Positions 1 to 12,189 of a DNA stretch of 64,000 nt are shown here, one piece after another (the first letter of the stretch is position 1; each line of letters starts with the position of its first letter). Source of the DNA: Octopus vulgaris. Lineage: Eukaryota. Under the pieces are notes generated by a model. It saw only the letters and a program-made list of their open reading frames with translations, was not told the origin of the DNA and searched no databases. The stretch spans positions 72,664,001-72,728,000 of the forward strand of contig OX597822.1 in the NCBI GenBank assembly GCA_951406725.2, given 5' to 3'. The position numbers and the translations under genes are program-made.

Positions 1-336
1 AACCCGGAACTTATTCATTGCAAGCCCAGTACTTATTCTATCGGTCTCTTTTGCCGAACCGCTAATTGACGGGGACGTAAACACACCAGCATCGGTTGAC
101 AAGCAATGCTAGGGGGACAAACACACACAAACACACACACATACACACCTATGCATATATATACATATATACGACAGGCTTCTTTCAGTTTCCGTCTACC
201 AAATCCACTCACAAGGCATTGGTCGGCCCGGGGTTATAGCAGAAGACACTTGCCCAAGATGCCACGCAGTGGGACTGAACCCGGTATCCATGTGGTTGGT
301 TAGCAAGCTACTTACCACACAGCTACTCCTGCGCCT
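1..336 (-). mobile_element. tRNA-headed SINE, family A (cut by window edge)
   Basis: Minus strand begins AGGCGCAGGAGTAGCTGTGTGGTAAG (A-box-like) then GGTTCAGTCCC (B-box-like), followed by CATCTTGGGCAAGT (CORE-like motif) and an internal CA/TA tract. Near-identical to copies at 822, 18526, 31703 and 50972. Confidence 0.9.
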
Positions 337-366
337 ATATATATATATTAGCATGTATATATATTA

Positions 367-412
<46 letters not shown>

Positions 413-821
413 TAATATAATGAACACATAATTGGGATAATTATCCCCCTATACAGTACAACCATATATATATATTGTTTCACTCTGAGGAGTGTTCTGC
501 AGCTTCTTACTGAAGCACATACATATGTACTGTATTTATAGTGATGAAGCATTTGTTCTGGGTGTTATCTCCATTGCTACATCAAATCAATATTACTAAT
601 GCAAGTGCACAACGTATCACACGACAATTTACAAAGTAATCGCAGCAACAAATGAAGCGTTTTGCTTAATGACACGACACACCGGAGTATGAATCAAAAA
701 CCACGATCGTGTCAAGCCTGAGTGAAACACCGTGACCACTATAATATAGAATATATATATATGCAAAGCTACAATACACACAAACGCGCAAATACATAAG
801 CCTGCACACGCACGCGCGCAC

Positions 822-1026
822 TTATTTCAGTCATTTGATTGCGGCCATGCTAGAGTACCGCCTTTAGTAGAACAAATTGCCCCCAGGACTTATTCTTAGT
901 AAGCCTAGTACGTTTTCTATCGGTTACCTTTGCCGAACCGCTAGATTACGGGGACTTTAACTCACCAGCATCGGTTGTCACGCAATGATGGGGTGACGAA
1001 CAGACACACACGAACACACATATATA

Positions 1027-1062
<36 letters not shown>

Positions 1063-1065
1063 TAA

Positions 1066-1098
<33 letters not shown>

Positions 1099-1262
1099 TG
1101 ACGGGCTTCTTTCAGTTTCCGTCTACCTAATCCACTCACGAGGCTTTTGTAAGCCCGAGGCTATTGTAGAAGATACTTGCCCAAGGTGCCATGCAGTGGG
1201 ATTGAATCCAGAACCATGTGGTTGGTAAGCAATGTACTTACTACACAGCCACTCTTGCGCCT
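822..1262 (-). mobile_element. SINE family A, full length
   Basis: Colinear with 18526-18940 from the tail (TTTCAGTCATTTGA..GCGGCCATGCT) to the head (CACAGCCACTCTTGCGCCT), with an internal microsatellite. Confidence 0.9.
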
Positions 1263-1367
1263 AAAACATATATATAGGTCTCGTTCTTTGTCTTTCACTT
1301 TCGATTACACATGCACACACATACACACACACCCGGAGGCATACATTCATACATACATACATGTATG

Positions 1368-1420
<53 letters not shown>

Positions 1421-1904
1421 ACATACATACATATATATGTCCTTGGTAGGGTATAAACGTAGAGTATTTTCAGAGAAGCACTCAACCCCACCTGTGGGCA
1501 ATCTACACGGTCGGGTTCCAGACTAATGCCAAAATATTTCAAGTAAACAAATTCCTGGTTTCACAACGGCAAAACCGTCATAAGAGAAAACCATAATGAG
1601 TGTATAAAGTCATTAGTGACAGAGAAATAGTTTAATGAAATTTTATTTAGCAATATGAAAATGCAAATATCCCGACAAAATTTCAAAATAATTCTTTCAC
1701 CTGAGGACGTAAATTCTGCATTATTCTGAAAGAACTTTTGTATTTTGCGGTAATGCGGACTCGTAAGTAATTTGTTTATTATTAAATATAATAATATAAA
1801 TTATTTACATGTTTTTAAGTTACGAAACAACTTGTGATATTTGAATTTTCTCATTGTTAAATGAAATTTCATAAAACTATTTGATATATGCACGCGCGCG
1901 CGTG

Positions 1905-2210
1905 TGTCACGTGATTAGGTGACAGACCAGGCTATCAGATGTTGTTAAACATCGCTGGTTACAATACGCTTCGCAGTGTTTCAGCCTTCAAATGATACCA
2001 CTCCGCTGGCTAAGCGAGGAGGCCAACAGAAGAAAGAGTGAGAGAAAGTTGTGGCGAAAGAGCACAGCAGGGATCACCACCACCCCTGCCGGAACGTCGT
2101 GGAGTTTTAGGTGTTTTCCCTCAATAAACACTCACAACGCCCGGTCTGGGAATTGAAACCGCGATCCTACGACCGCGAGTCCGCTGCCCTAACCACTGGG
2201 CCATTGCGCA
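1905..2210 (-). mobile_element. tRNA-derived SINE, family C
   Basis: Minus strand reads GCGCAATGGCCCAGTGGTTAGGGCAGCGGACTCGCGGTCGTAGGATCGCGGTTTCAATTCCC (A and B boxes). The same head occurs on the plus strand at 62681. Confidence 0.85.
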
Positions 2211-2429
2211 TCCGTGTGTGTGTGTGTGTGTGTATCTATATATATGATATACACATATATACTATTATACATATTATATATACATATATACTATTATGTA
2301 TATTATATATACATATATATTATTATATATAATATATATGTACATTTATACTATTATATACATATATATATATATATACATATATACTATTATATAATAA
2401 TTTAATACTATATATGTGTGTGTGGTGTG

Positions 2430-2620
2430 TGTGTCTTCGTGACTGCGTTTGCCCCCCACCACCGCTTGATAACTGAACAATAGCAGTTCGGCAAAAGCGA
2501 CCTACAGAATAATTACTAGGCTTTATAAAAAACAGTCCTAAAGTCGAATTGTTCGACTAAAGCCCTTCAAAGATGGTGTCCCAGCATGGCCGCAGTCAAA
2601 TGTCTGAAACAAGTAAAAGA
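2430..2620 (+). mobile_element. SINE family A, 3' half, diverged
   Basis: GTTCGGCAAAAG...CCAGCATGGCCGCAGTCAAATGTCTGAAACAAGTAAAAGA matches the tail of the 31703-32131 copy. Confidence 0.75.
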
Positions 2621-4135
2621 CACACGATAAAAGATTGCTTGCTATGGCCATAATATTTTTTGATCCATATATTTCTGTTCCGCTTAGGAAATATTTTGTT
2701 GACAAACGTTTAATCTCTTTGTTTTCTGAGATTTATTTCCCCAATATCTTATTCCTGCTCTTCAATAGATGTTCATTAATTGTTTTAATGAAGTCCCCTC
2801 GGTAACGTTTCAATTAACAATAATATTTATTGTAAACGGATTACAAAGGAAGATTCATTATATCAGTCCTAAACGAGGGTATCGTGCGTTCGTAGGCTTG
2901 GTTATCGTCATTTACATCATCATCCTTATCATAATCATCATCGTAGTCATTGTCGTGGTCAAAATCATCTTTCTCATCGTCGTTGTCCTCCTTCTACTCC
3001 TCCTTGTCATCGTTGTCGTGGTGCTAAAATTATTTAGCTTTTAATCATTAAGGGTGATGCTTGTGTTTATGTTGGAAATATAATCGTCATTTTCGTCGTC
3101 GTCATCATCATCATCATCATCATAAACACCACCACCCCACCACCACCACCATCACCACCGACGTCATTATAATCATCATCCCATCTCAAAGACCTTTTCT
3201 TAAAATTGTTTAGTGCAAAAGCAGATTCCTATTGCTTTCAAAATATCGATGCACGTTTTCTAGTTTTTCTAATTGTTTTCCCTGCTACCTTCCTTATCTC
3301 GTTCACAAAATTCCCTTTCGATATAACTATTGCAGGCCCTTCCTCTGTACATTCACCGAGACAATACGCAATATCCGAGTAAAAGCTCCATATCCCACAG
3401 CGGATTAAATTGTCATGTTATTATCTTTATCTCCTGAGTCACTAAACATCATACCCCTTAATATAATTACAAGGAATGAATCGAAGGTAACATTTACAGA
3501 AATTGTGTCTTTAACCACGTTAAAAGAAAACAATTCAATGTTCTCAATTCTATATTCTCTTTAGATTGATAACGTGATTTCTTGGGATGAAAAATATTTT
3601 GTTAGAATTATGTAAGATTGTGTAATAAGGAAAATGGAATGTTGCATGTTGTATATAAAAGCAATACCACAGAGTCGTTGAAAATATTCGTCGAAATGTA
3701 TCCTGGAATGTCGATTGTAAATGAAAATTTATCTTAATCCATTCATAGTCGACAAATTTACAAAGCTTCAGCAAATGACGATTCTTGTAAGCGTGAAAGA
3801 AATTAAAACAAAAAGACAAAAAACAAACAAAAAAACAACAAATGAAAGATGTTTTCATCTTCTTCCATATTTGTAATTTGGGGGACATTGTGAATATATT
3901 TCCTTATTGTTGCAGTAGTTATTGTTACCGTTTATACGTATTGTACTTTACAGCTTTTTAGTTTTTTCTTTGTTTTTTTTTTTCTCCTAAATCTTATTGA
4001 TAAATTTCTCGCTCTATAATTCTAATTTGAAAATGAATTCAATAATTCTCCGGCGTTTCGCTTGTTTTGTTGTAGGGAAATTTAAAACAATTTGTTAGCA
4101 CTATCCACTTTTCCATTCGCCACCATCACAACCAG

Positions 4136-4174
<39 letters not shown>

Positions 4175-5689
4175 TGGCGACAACAGCGATGAGTAAAGAG
4201 GGGAATGGGGAAAATGTATTTTAAACAGCAAAATATTTTTAAACGCATTGTTATTATCTGAAATATCATACGAAAATAACAATGGACTGGTATTAAAGAC
4301 TTTGGGATTGGATTTCGTTGTTTCATTTGATTTGACCACCTGTAAACACATTTCTTTGAAAATATCCTTTCAGAAGTATAATTAATAGGAACAGCCATTT
4401 TGAAATTATGAGTTTCTTCATCCTAATCAACTAAATAATTATTCAGCCACAACAAGCAGTGACATCAATGCAGAAAAAGTATCATGAATTTTAAACTGGA
4501 AGTCAGCAGCAATAACAACTCTGGGAATGGAAAAAAAAAACTGAACGTCCACCTCACAGTATCACAACATCGTTCACCTGTTAGGATGGGACCAGATGGA
4601 GATTGAGTGGGCTGAGAAAACTTACACGGGTGGTAACAAACAAAAATAAGAATCGAAAGTATGATTCAAAATGCATTAAAATGTGTAAGAGGAAGCTTTT
4701 CTCCCAACATATGAAGCCTCTTTTCCGAGAAGTCCACTTCGCCAGGAATTGGAAAGGCACTCTGTTTAGGTGTGACCTTCTCAGCTCTCTAGAAAGGAGA
4801 TTTCACAACCCTTAGCAATACCAGCTGAAGGTTTGATGCAACAAACATGAAATATATGAGAGCTTTCTATACGAGATATTGATTGAGAGTAAAATGGGAT
4901 CGGAGTACAAAATCCACGGGAAAAATGAGTTACAAATAAAGTATTATTTATGTATACGTTATGTCATAAGCCCTAAAATAATAGAAAGTGGGATCCTGCT
5001 TGTCTACGCTAACATGGGTAATTCTCTGAGAAAATTCTGAATTGTTATCACAAGAAATCTTTGTAAAGTACAGAGTGACTAGGGTGAAGATTACGAAAAC
5101 AGCAAAGTGATGAATCTGAAAACGATACAAAATCAGGTATGTTAGATGCTCTACATGGAAATAATTTTACAGGCACAATATAAGCAGGTGCATAGTGCCG
5201 AAGGAATTGTTAATAATATTGGTTTGTGTGAGTCTCATACAAGTACTTATGACCCCATAAAAACGCTAAATCTCCAAAGGAGGTTGTGTAATTCTAAAAG
5301 TTAAATGGAAATGACGGAACGAAACGAAAAGATCATGAAAAAGTTAGGTAATTGATGTTTCCAACAGTCCTTAAGAAGTGTTACATGGCTATTGAATCTC
5401 CACACGATCATAAACCAGAAAGTACTTTCGGAAGATTAAGGGCTGCATATTATTATATAATACTACAAAAATATAAAGACTTACAGAAATGCCGTAGAGA
5501 CTTCATTTAATGTTGCTCTGAGATCACTTCGGCATCTGACATGCGGCACTCCGTTGCACCTGTACAGGTAATGTCGAGGGAGTGAGCTTATGTCTACACA
5601 ATCATTTGATCATTTTAAACAAATCATATGTGTGGTTGTTCGGTAACAAACTCTCGAAGCCTCTAACGGCAGGAGACTTCATCATATAT

Positions 5690-5756
5690 AGTGAAAAGAC
5701 GAAGACGGGTGTATAAACAACAAACAGATATATTAGTTTAACGCTCGGGAAGTGAG

Positions 5757-5757
<1 letters not shown>
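5690..5757 (-). mobile_element. Truncated PLE pseudo-LTR fragment (same family as 49997-50185)
   Basis: AAAAGACGAAGACGGGTGTATAAACAACAAACAGATATATTAGTTTAACGCTCGGGAAG aligns with 50016-50075. It breaks off into (TA)n just before the hammerhead position. Confidence 0.7.
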
Positions 5758-5794
<37 letters not shown>

Positions 5795-5864
5795 TATATA
5801 TATATATATGTGTGTGTGTGTATGTATATATGTATATATATATATGCATGTATATATATATATG

Positions 5865-5898
<34 letters not shown>

Positions 5899-6313
5899 TA
5901 TATAAACTTATATGCATGGTCATTTATGTTTATGTGTGTATAATTGTACGTATGTATGCATGTATATCAGTAAGTTTAAAACATAGTGTGTGTGTAATTA
6001 TTTAAATGTTTTCCATAAACCTTATCCACACCCTGTAATGATGTGTAGTATATTTATCGCCCCCCTCGTTTTAATAATACTTGTTTGTTACAGTCCACGC
6101 ATCTTTCCAAATCCAATATGAACGTTTCATTGTTTCTTGTGTCACACAACGTTGACTAAAATTGCTCTCAGATATCTATCCGGTCGATATAACCATTTTA
6201 AGCTTCCTCTAAAAGACCAAAGCATTGTCCTATGTAATTAATCACCACTATCATTATTATTATCATCATTACCATTACCCTTCTCCTTCTCCTTCTTCTT
6301 CTTATTATTATTG

Positions 6314-6575
6314 ATGTGACGAACTGGCAGAATCGTTAGCGTGCTGGACACAATTCTTAGCGACATTTCGTCCGTTAAGTCCTGGATTCAAATTCCGCTG
6401 AGGCCGACATTGCTTTCGATCCTTTGGGGGGTGTCAATAAATTAAATTCCAACTGAACAGTGGGGGTCAATGCAGTCGACTAATCACGTTCCTCGAATTT
6501 GCAGACTATTCTTGCGGCATATATTAATGACAACATCTTCCCAAATCAGAGGCTATGTTCCCAATACAGGAATCA
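6314..6575 (+). mobile_element. tRNA-headed SINE family B, diverged
   Basis: CTGGCAGAATCGTTAGC...TTCAAATTCCGCTGAGGCCGAC... matches 32946-33374. Confidence 0.75.
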
Positions 6576-6902
6576 TTATTACTAATAATACTGGTCAATT
6601 GGTTACCGAAATCAGCAAACCAGTAGTTCTTCTTGGTATTCAGTAACATAAATAATTCATAGATGGAGCCTGAAATTAGTTCTAAAGCAAAATGCAGTCT
6701 AACTGCTTATTTAATACTGCTTTTCGTATTTCTTATTTGGTTGGAATTCATTTAAATCTCACCGTTAGTACCCTTGTCCTCTCAACATTTAACTTACACT
6801 TTCCCTGTGATATTGAAATCTTTAGAGAGTTAAGAAATATATAATAAAGAAAGAAAAACATAAAATAAAGGAAGTACAGTGAAATGAAAGAGAGAAAGAC
6901 AA

Positions 6903-6934
<32 letters not shown>

Positions 6935-7630
6935 CTACCTGAAATATTCGTAGAATTTCTGCACAGTCTAGATATTGGGTATCCACATTAGCATGGTTGA
7001 TTAAATCAGTTGAAAAACAGTATCAGTAAAGCAGTAAAAATAATCCCTTTTCTCGATTTCAATAATCCATTCCTGTTTTAATATGACGTGTATTTCCCAA
7101 ATATCCATTCAAACTTATATTTTGAACATAGCCGCCCGTTTTTGCCTTTTCTCTGTTTGTTTGTTTTTTTATCTCCTCCGAATATCTTCTCAGTTGAAAA
7201 TTACCGTTCGCTACTTCGTGTGAAGAAACCAGTTATGAAATGCCTAAGGAGATTCAATTTATTATATAGGTTAGTAATTCCTAACAACTTGCCTATTTGA
7301 TTCACGCCAACTTTTCACTCACACACTCAGTGCTTTGCTTTCATATAAATCTTTATAACTGCCTAGTTCGCACATCACCCATTATTCTCCCTCGGTACCG
7401 TCACATTTATTTTATAAATCATATGCGTCTTTGGAACGGAGCTGTTAGAAACGGACGAGATTTTCACAAGTTTTCTAATGTTTGATTTATTGCATTTGCT
7501 ACAATCATAAGTCACGGAAGCACTAAGCGAATTTCTCGCGTGAATTATATTGATAATGTACAGTGTTAAATAATAATTTGGTCAAATTGCTTTTAGATAT
7601 TATTATTATTATTATTATTATTGATATTAT

Positions 7631-8375
7631 TAAGGCGATGAGTTGACAGGACTGTAAGAACGCTGGGCAATACGATTAGAGGCATTTCATCGATGTTACC
7701 CTCCTGAGTTCAAATACCTCTGAGGTCGACTTTGCCTCTCATCCTTTCTGGGTCGATAAAATAAGTACCAGTTATACACTGGGGTTGATGCAATCGAATT
7801 ACTCCTTCCCACGCATTTTCTGGACTTGTACCAAAATGTAAAACCATTATTACCATTTGTAGCAATATGGTGAGCTGACAGAATCGTTAGGACGCTGAAC
7901 AAAATTCTCAGCGGTGTTTCGTACGTCTTTACGTTCTGAGTTCAAATTCCGCCGAAGCCGACTTCGCCTTTCAGCCTTCCGCGGTGGATAAAATAAGCGC
8001 CGGTTACATACTGCGGTCAATTTAAGTGAGTATCCACCTCCACCAAAATTTCATGCTTTTTGCTTATAATATTGGCTTGTCCGAAAAGTTCGTGCCGATT
8101 TTTAAAGGAAAGACAAAGGTCAATAAATACTTGCCATTACATTTTAATCAACCAAATACGAACCATCTTGTTGCACAATGCGTCTCTATCTTTCCTTTTA
8201 CTTGAAAATACCCTCTTCCCAGAATTGAGGTGGTTTCATGGAAAAGAATTCATCAAGGTATCTTTTTACGTCATCCAAGGAATTGAAATTATATTTTGTT
8301 ATTTGTCCCATCTCTTTACTTTCTGAAGTTAAATCCCATCCGGGTCAGCTTCGCCTTTCATCCTTTTGGGTTTGA
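7631..8375 (+). mobile_element. Tandem SINE family B units (7631-7850, 7866-8065, 8320-8375) interrupted by a mariner fragment
   Basis: Repeated GAGCTGACAGAATCGTTAG / TTCTGAGTTCAAATTCCGCCGA / TTCGCCTTTCATCC blocks arranged head to tail. Confidence 0.8.
8072..8300 (-). mobile_element. Mariner transposon 3' remnant (TIR plus transposase C-terminus)
   Basis: Minus-strand translation approximately NFNSLDDVKxYLDEFFSMKPPQFWEEGIFKxKERxRRIVQQDGSYLVD*, a typical mariner C-terminus with indels. Terminus TA|TTGGCTTGTCCGAAAAGTTCGTGCCGATTT is a mariner-like TIR with TA target. Confidence 0.85.
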
Positions 8376-10930
8376 TATTTACTAATGTACTACAGTTATT
8401 AGTATCATCAGCATCACCGTCATCACCTTTATTATCATCATCAATAGCATCACTATCACCGTTGTTATCACAGTTGGATACGTGAGCATTATCAATAAGA
8501 TCATCATAAAACTACAAAACCTAGTGTTCCGTCCCAGTTCTTCGTGTACAGGAAACGTAATACATATGGACATGGCTTGGGTTACTTGAAAGACAAATCA
8601 CAATTAACTGGAATATTTAAACATTTAGTTGTATAATTATCTACTTTCGGGAACTGAAACTATCTGTGCGTAGTTCTCACCCATAGTATTACGATGGTTC
8701 ACAGCCATTATTTAAAATAGTTTAATTCTTCCTGCTGTCCTTAAAACAGATTTGTAGACAAAAGGCGATAGCTATTTAGAGATAAAACCACGAAATAATA
8801 ATTATTACTATAAATTTCAAACAACTTCTCACACACACAAATATATATATATATATAAATACATGTATATATACATACATGTATATATACATACATGTAT
8901 GTACACATACATATATGTACACATACATATATATGCATACATATATACATACATACATATATATGCATACATATATACATACATATATATGCATACATAT
9001 ATGCATACATACATATATACATACTTACATACATACACACACACACACATATATGTGTGTATAAATATAAATTCTTATATATTTTAGCTTGTGGTCATAT
9101 TACTATGGCTATTAACCCATATCTTATTGACTTAGATAATACGAATTTTTGTGACTAAATATAGCATTTTAAACCGCAAACCACAGGCTGGTAGGTCACA
9201 AATTCACAAATTCTATTTCTGTCTCAAATTTAGGTCTCTTTGTCTATAACCTTTAAACTATCTGTTGAAAAAAATTATTTTTAATGACCTTTCCTCATTA
9301 GAATTTCATAAAAGCCGCAGTAGAATCTGTTACGCGGATGTAGGACTATTATGTCGGACAACACAAATCATTAATTTGCAAATTTTTCATAACTCATTAT
9401 TATGGCACTGATTAGATATATTTTTTAATTAAAGTAATTATTTTCAGCTTAGCCCAAATATACTTTGTCCAAGATTTCAGTTTGTATTTATCGTTTTATT
9501 CAATTAAATTTCAAAATGGTGGATTTCACATGAATGTGTACTACCCTAGTTATTTGGAGGTTTATTATTTCTCCTTTCATGCGTTCAGTTTCAAATATGC
9601 TGAGTTCTATTTAAGCTGTCAAACTTTCAGGTATTGAAACCTGTAACTACTGATTTACTCAAGATTATAACCGAACAACTACATTTAATAGAACACTAAA
9701 ATGTAAAGATTAAATTATCAAGAAACAAACGTAGAATACTTAGTTTTGATCCTAATACAACTGTTTTAATTATGTAACCAATTCTGTTTAGAGAAGTATT
9801 TGCATGTTACACATTAGTACTGTGTCCCTGATGTATACATAGTTTTATGTCCCTGCATGAGTAAAGACATTGAACTAAACAGCAATAAAACAGGAAATCA
9901 GCAAAAGAACATTAGCATTGACATTTACGTTTCCATGATAATCGAAAACATTACCAATAATACATTGCCGTCGATTCAGTAGAATATTGTGTCTCATCTT
10001 TATGAAATTAAATCTGCGTTTCTAGTTAAAAACAAATGATTATTTAATTGAATATCGTTTTTCAAACGTTGTCCATTATAGTTTGACAGCAGCCAACCAA
10101 CGAAATAATCGCCCCTACCCTCAACTGTCACTGTAAAAATTCCATCATAAACTAAACCATCACAGATATCTTCCGTTTGATTTATAATCCAAATATTACT
10201 GGCAGATTTGGCTCCAACCTAATTTAAATTTTAACTTTTTTGTTTTATAATCTATAAAACAGCAACAACAGTAGCAACACTACACAATCTACTGCAAAGT
10301 ATGTTTTATGTTTTATATTTTTCCAGCATCTTTTTCCCCACATCCTCACACTGTAATCAATAAATGATTGATTTTTTTTTTATACATATATTTTCAGATT
10401 GTACACATGAATATTCTGAAAAGAAATCTCAGGGAACAGATACCGGTAGAATGATTAATTTGTCTCCAGACTGCAGTTCGTCAGTGATTTTTACTTTGTT
10501 TTAATACTGCATTAAAATAGTCATCTCACAACATCAAAAGACCAACCCTATGGCAACAATGACAAATTATCATCATCATCATCATCATCACCATCATAAT
10601 AATTATTCTTGTTACTATTATTGATAACGATAGCACTGCCACTTGAAAAGATAGTGCTGATAATGAAGTTATAATACATATGAAGATGATTGTGATGGTT
10701 GTATAAATGTAAATGATATAATAAAAATAATAGTCGTTTAGAAATTCAGACACAAGGCCAAGACTACGACAACCTCGTGAGGTAACTAATATTTATTTTA
10801 TCAAATCCGAAAGGATTGGATAAAACAGAAATTTCACCTCGGTCGGATTTAAATAAAAGAAGTAAAGATTCTGAAGAAATACCGGAAGTATTGTATCAGT
10901 AGCTTTAACAATTCTGTCAATATAAGGACT

Positions 10931-10931
<1 letters not shown>

Positions 10932-11017
<86 letters not shown>

Positions 11018-11043
11018 GTATAATAATTATAATAATAATAATA
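10932..11043. repeat. (TAA)n microsatellite
   Basis: About 35 TAA units with few interruptions. Confidence 0.95.
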
Positions 11044-11475
11044 AAAAGAAATACAAATGACTGCAGAATATGTGGAGATGGAGAAGAAACAATAAATTAT
11101 ATTGTCTCTGGCTGCGCAATCCTGGCTGAGAAGGAATATATTCACACACACGGCAGGTTTGGGACCTATATATATATTGGAAGCTATGCGAAAAGTATGG
11201 AATAACAACAGAAAATAGATGGTATAGGCACAGGCCAGAAAAGGTAATAGAAAATGAGAAAGCAACCATAATCTGGGATATGCCAATACACACTGATAGG
11301 GAAATTAAGGTCAATAGGTCGGATATAGTTGTCAGAGACCACCAAGGAAAAAGTATTTTCTAATCGATGTTTCAATACGAACAGATGACAATGTTTCTCT
11401 AAAAGAAACGGAGAAACTTTCAAAATACAAAGACCTGGAAATAGAGGTAACTCGAATGTAGAGACTAAAAACCAG
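11041..11475 (+). pseudogene. R4/Dong-type non-LTR retrotransposon fragment (zinc knuckle plus restriction-like endonuclease)
   Basis: With two frameshifts it reads CRICGDGEETINYIVSGCAILAEKEYIHTH..YWKLCEKYG..WYRHRPEKVIENEKATIIWDMPIHTDREIKVNRSDIVVRDHQ..FLIDVSIRTDDNVSLKETEKLSKYKDLEIEVTRM*. This matches the CCHC knuckle, NRPD, D and K..KY motifs of RLE LINEs. Confidence 0.9.
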
Positions 11476-12078
11476 TCCAACTTTTTCCAAATTTTCTAGA
11501 GAGTGCCTCGGCCCTCCCCCACCTCATGATTGTTTTCAAGTGGAAATTGATAAAAAAAAAATCAGTGAGTATTTCGCAAACACAAAAGCGTTTTTCTTCA
11601 GATTTTTTCAGTCCCGTCGATAAACATTTTTAACATAGCCACCAGACAGTAAAAAATTGCCTGACCTTCTCGGCCAAAGAAAGATGGCTATCTGCTAATT
11701 CCCGTGGTAACTAGCAGATAGCAAGGTTCATTCTACACACAATATCAGCTCTTAGCCACGACTCCTCATGTGAGTAATGCTCGACTTATGTGCAAGAGAG
11801 TACATGATGTTTTCGTGGTCCTAAATGAATCACCGACGTATTTGGTTGACGGCACTAGATACCAGTAGACTTCAACTGTTGGTCGTGGTGAGATGCTGCT
11901 GCTACTGGTAATCCGAATGCCGAGCAGTTTAAAATGAAATAACGAAATTGATGTAACTACACATTTCTTTGGTTGCCTTTTTCTGAAGATAAGCCTTTGC
12001 ACCCAGAATATCTTAAAACTTTCTACATTGTCAGAAGTTTTCTTTATTTTTCTTTTCTTTTATTTTCTACACACACAT

Positions 12079-12189
<111 letters not shown>

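Noticed and set aside
4250-5100. Possible ancient LINE coding remnant
   Set aside because: Purine-rich and vaguely coding-like, but no motif could be reconstructed convincingly.
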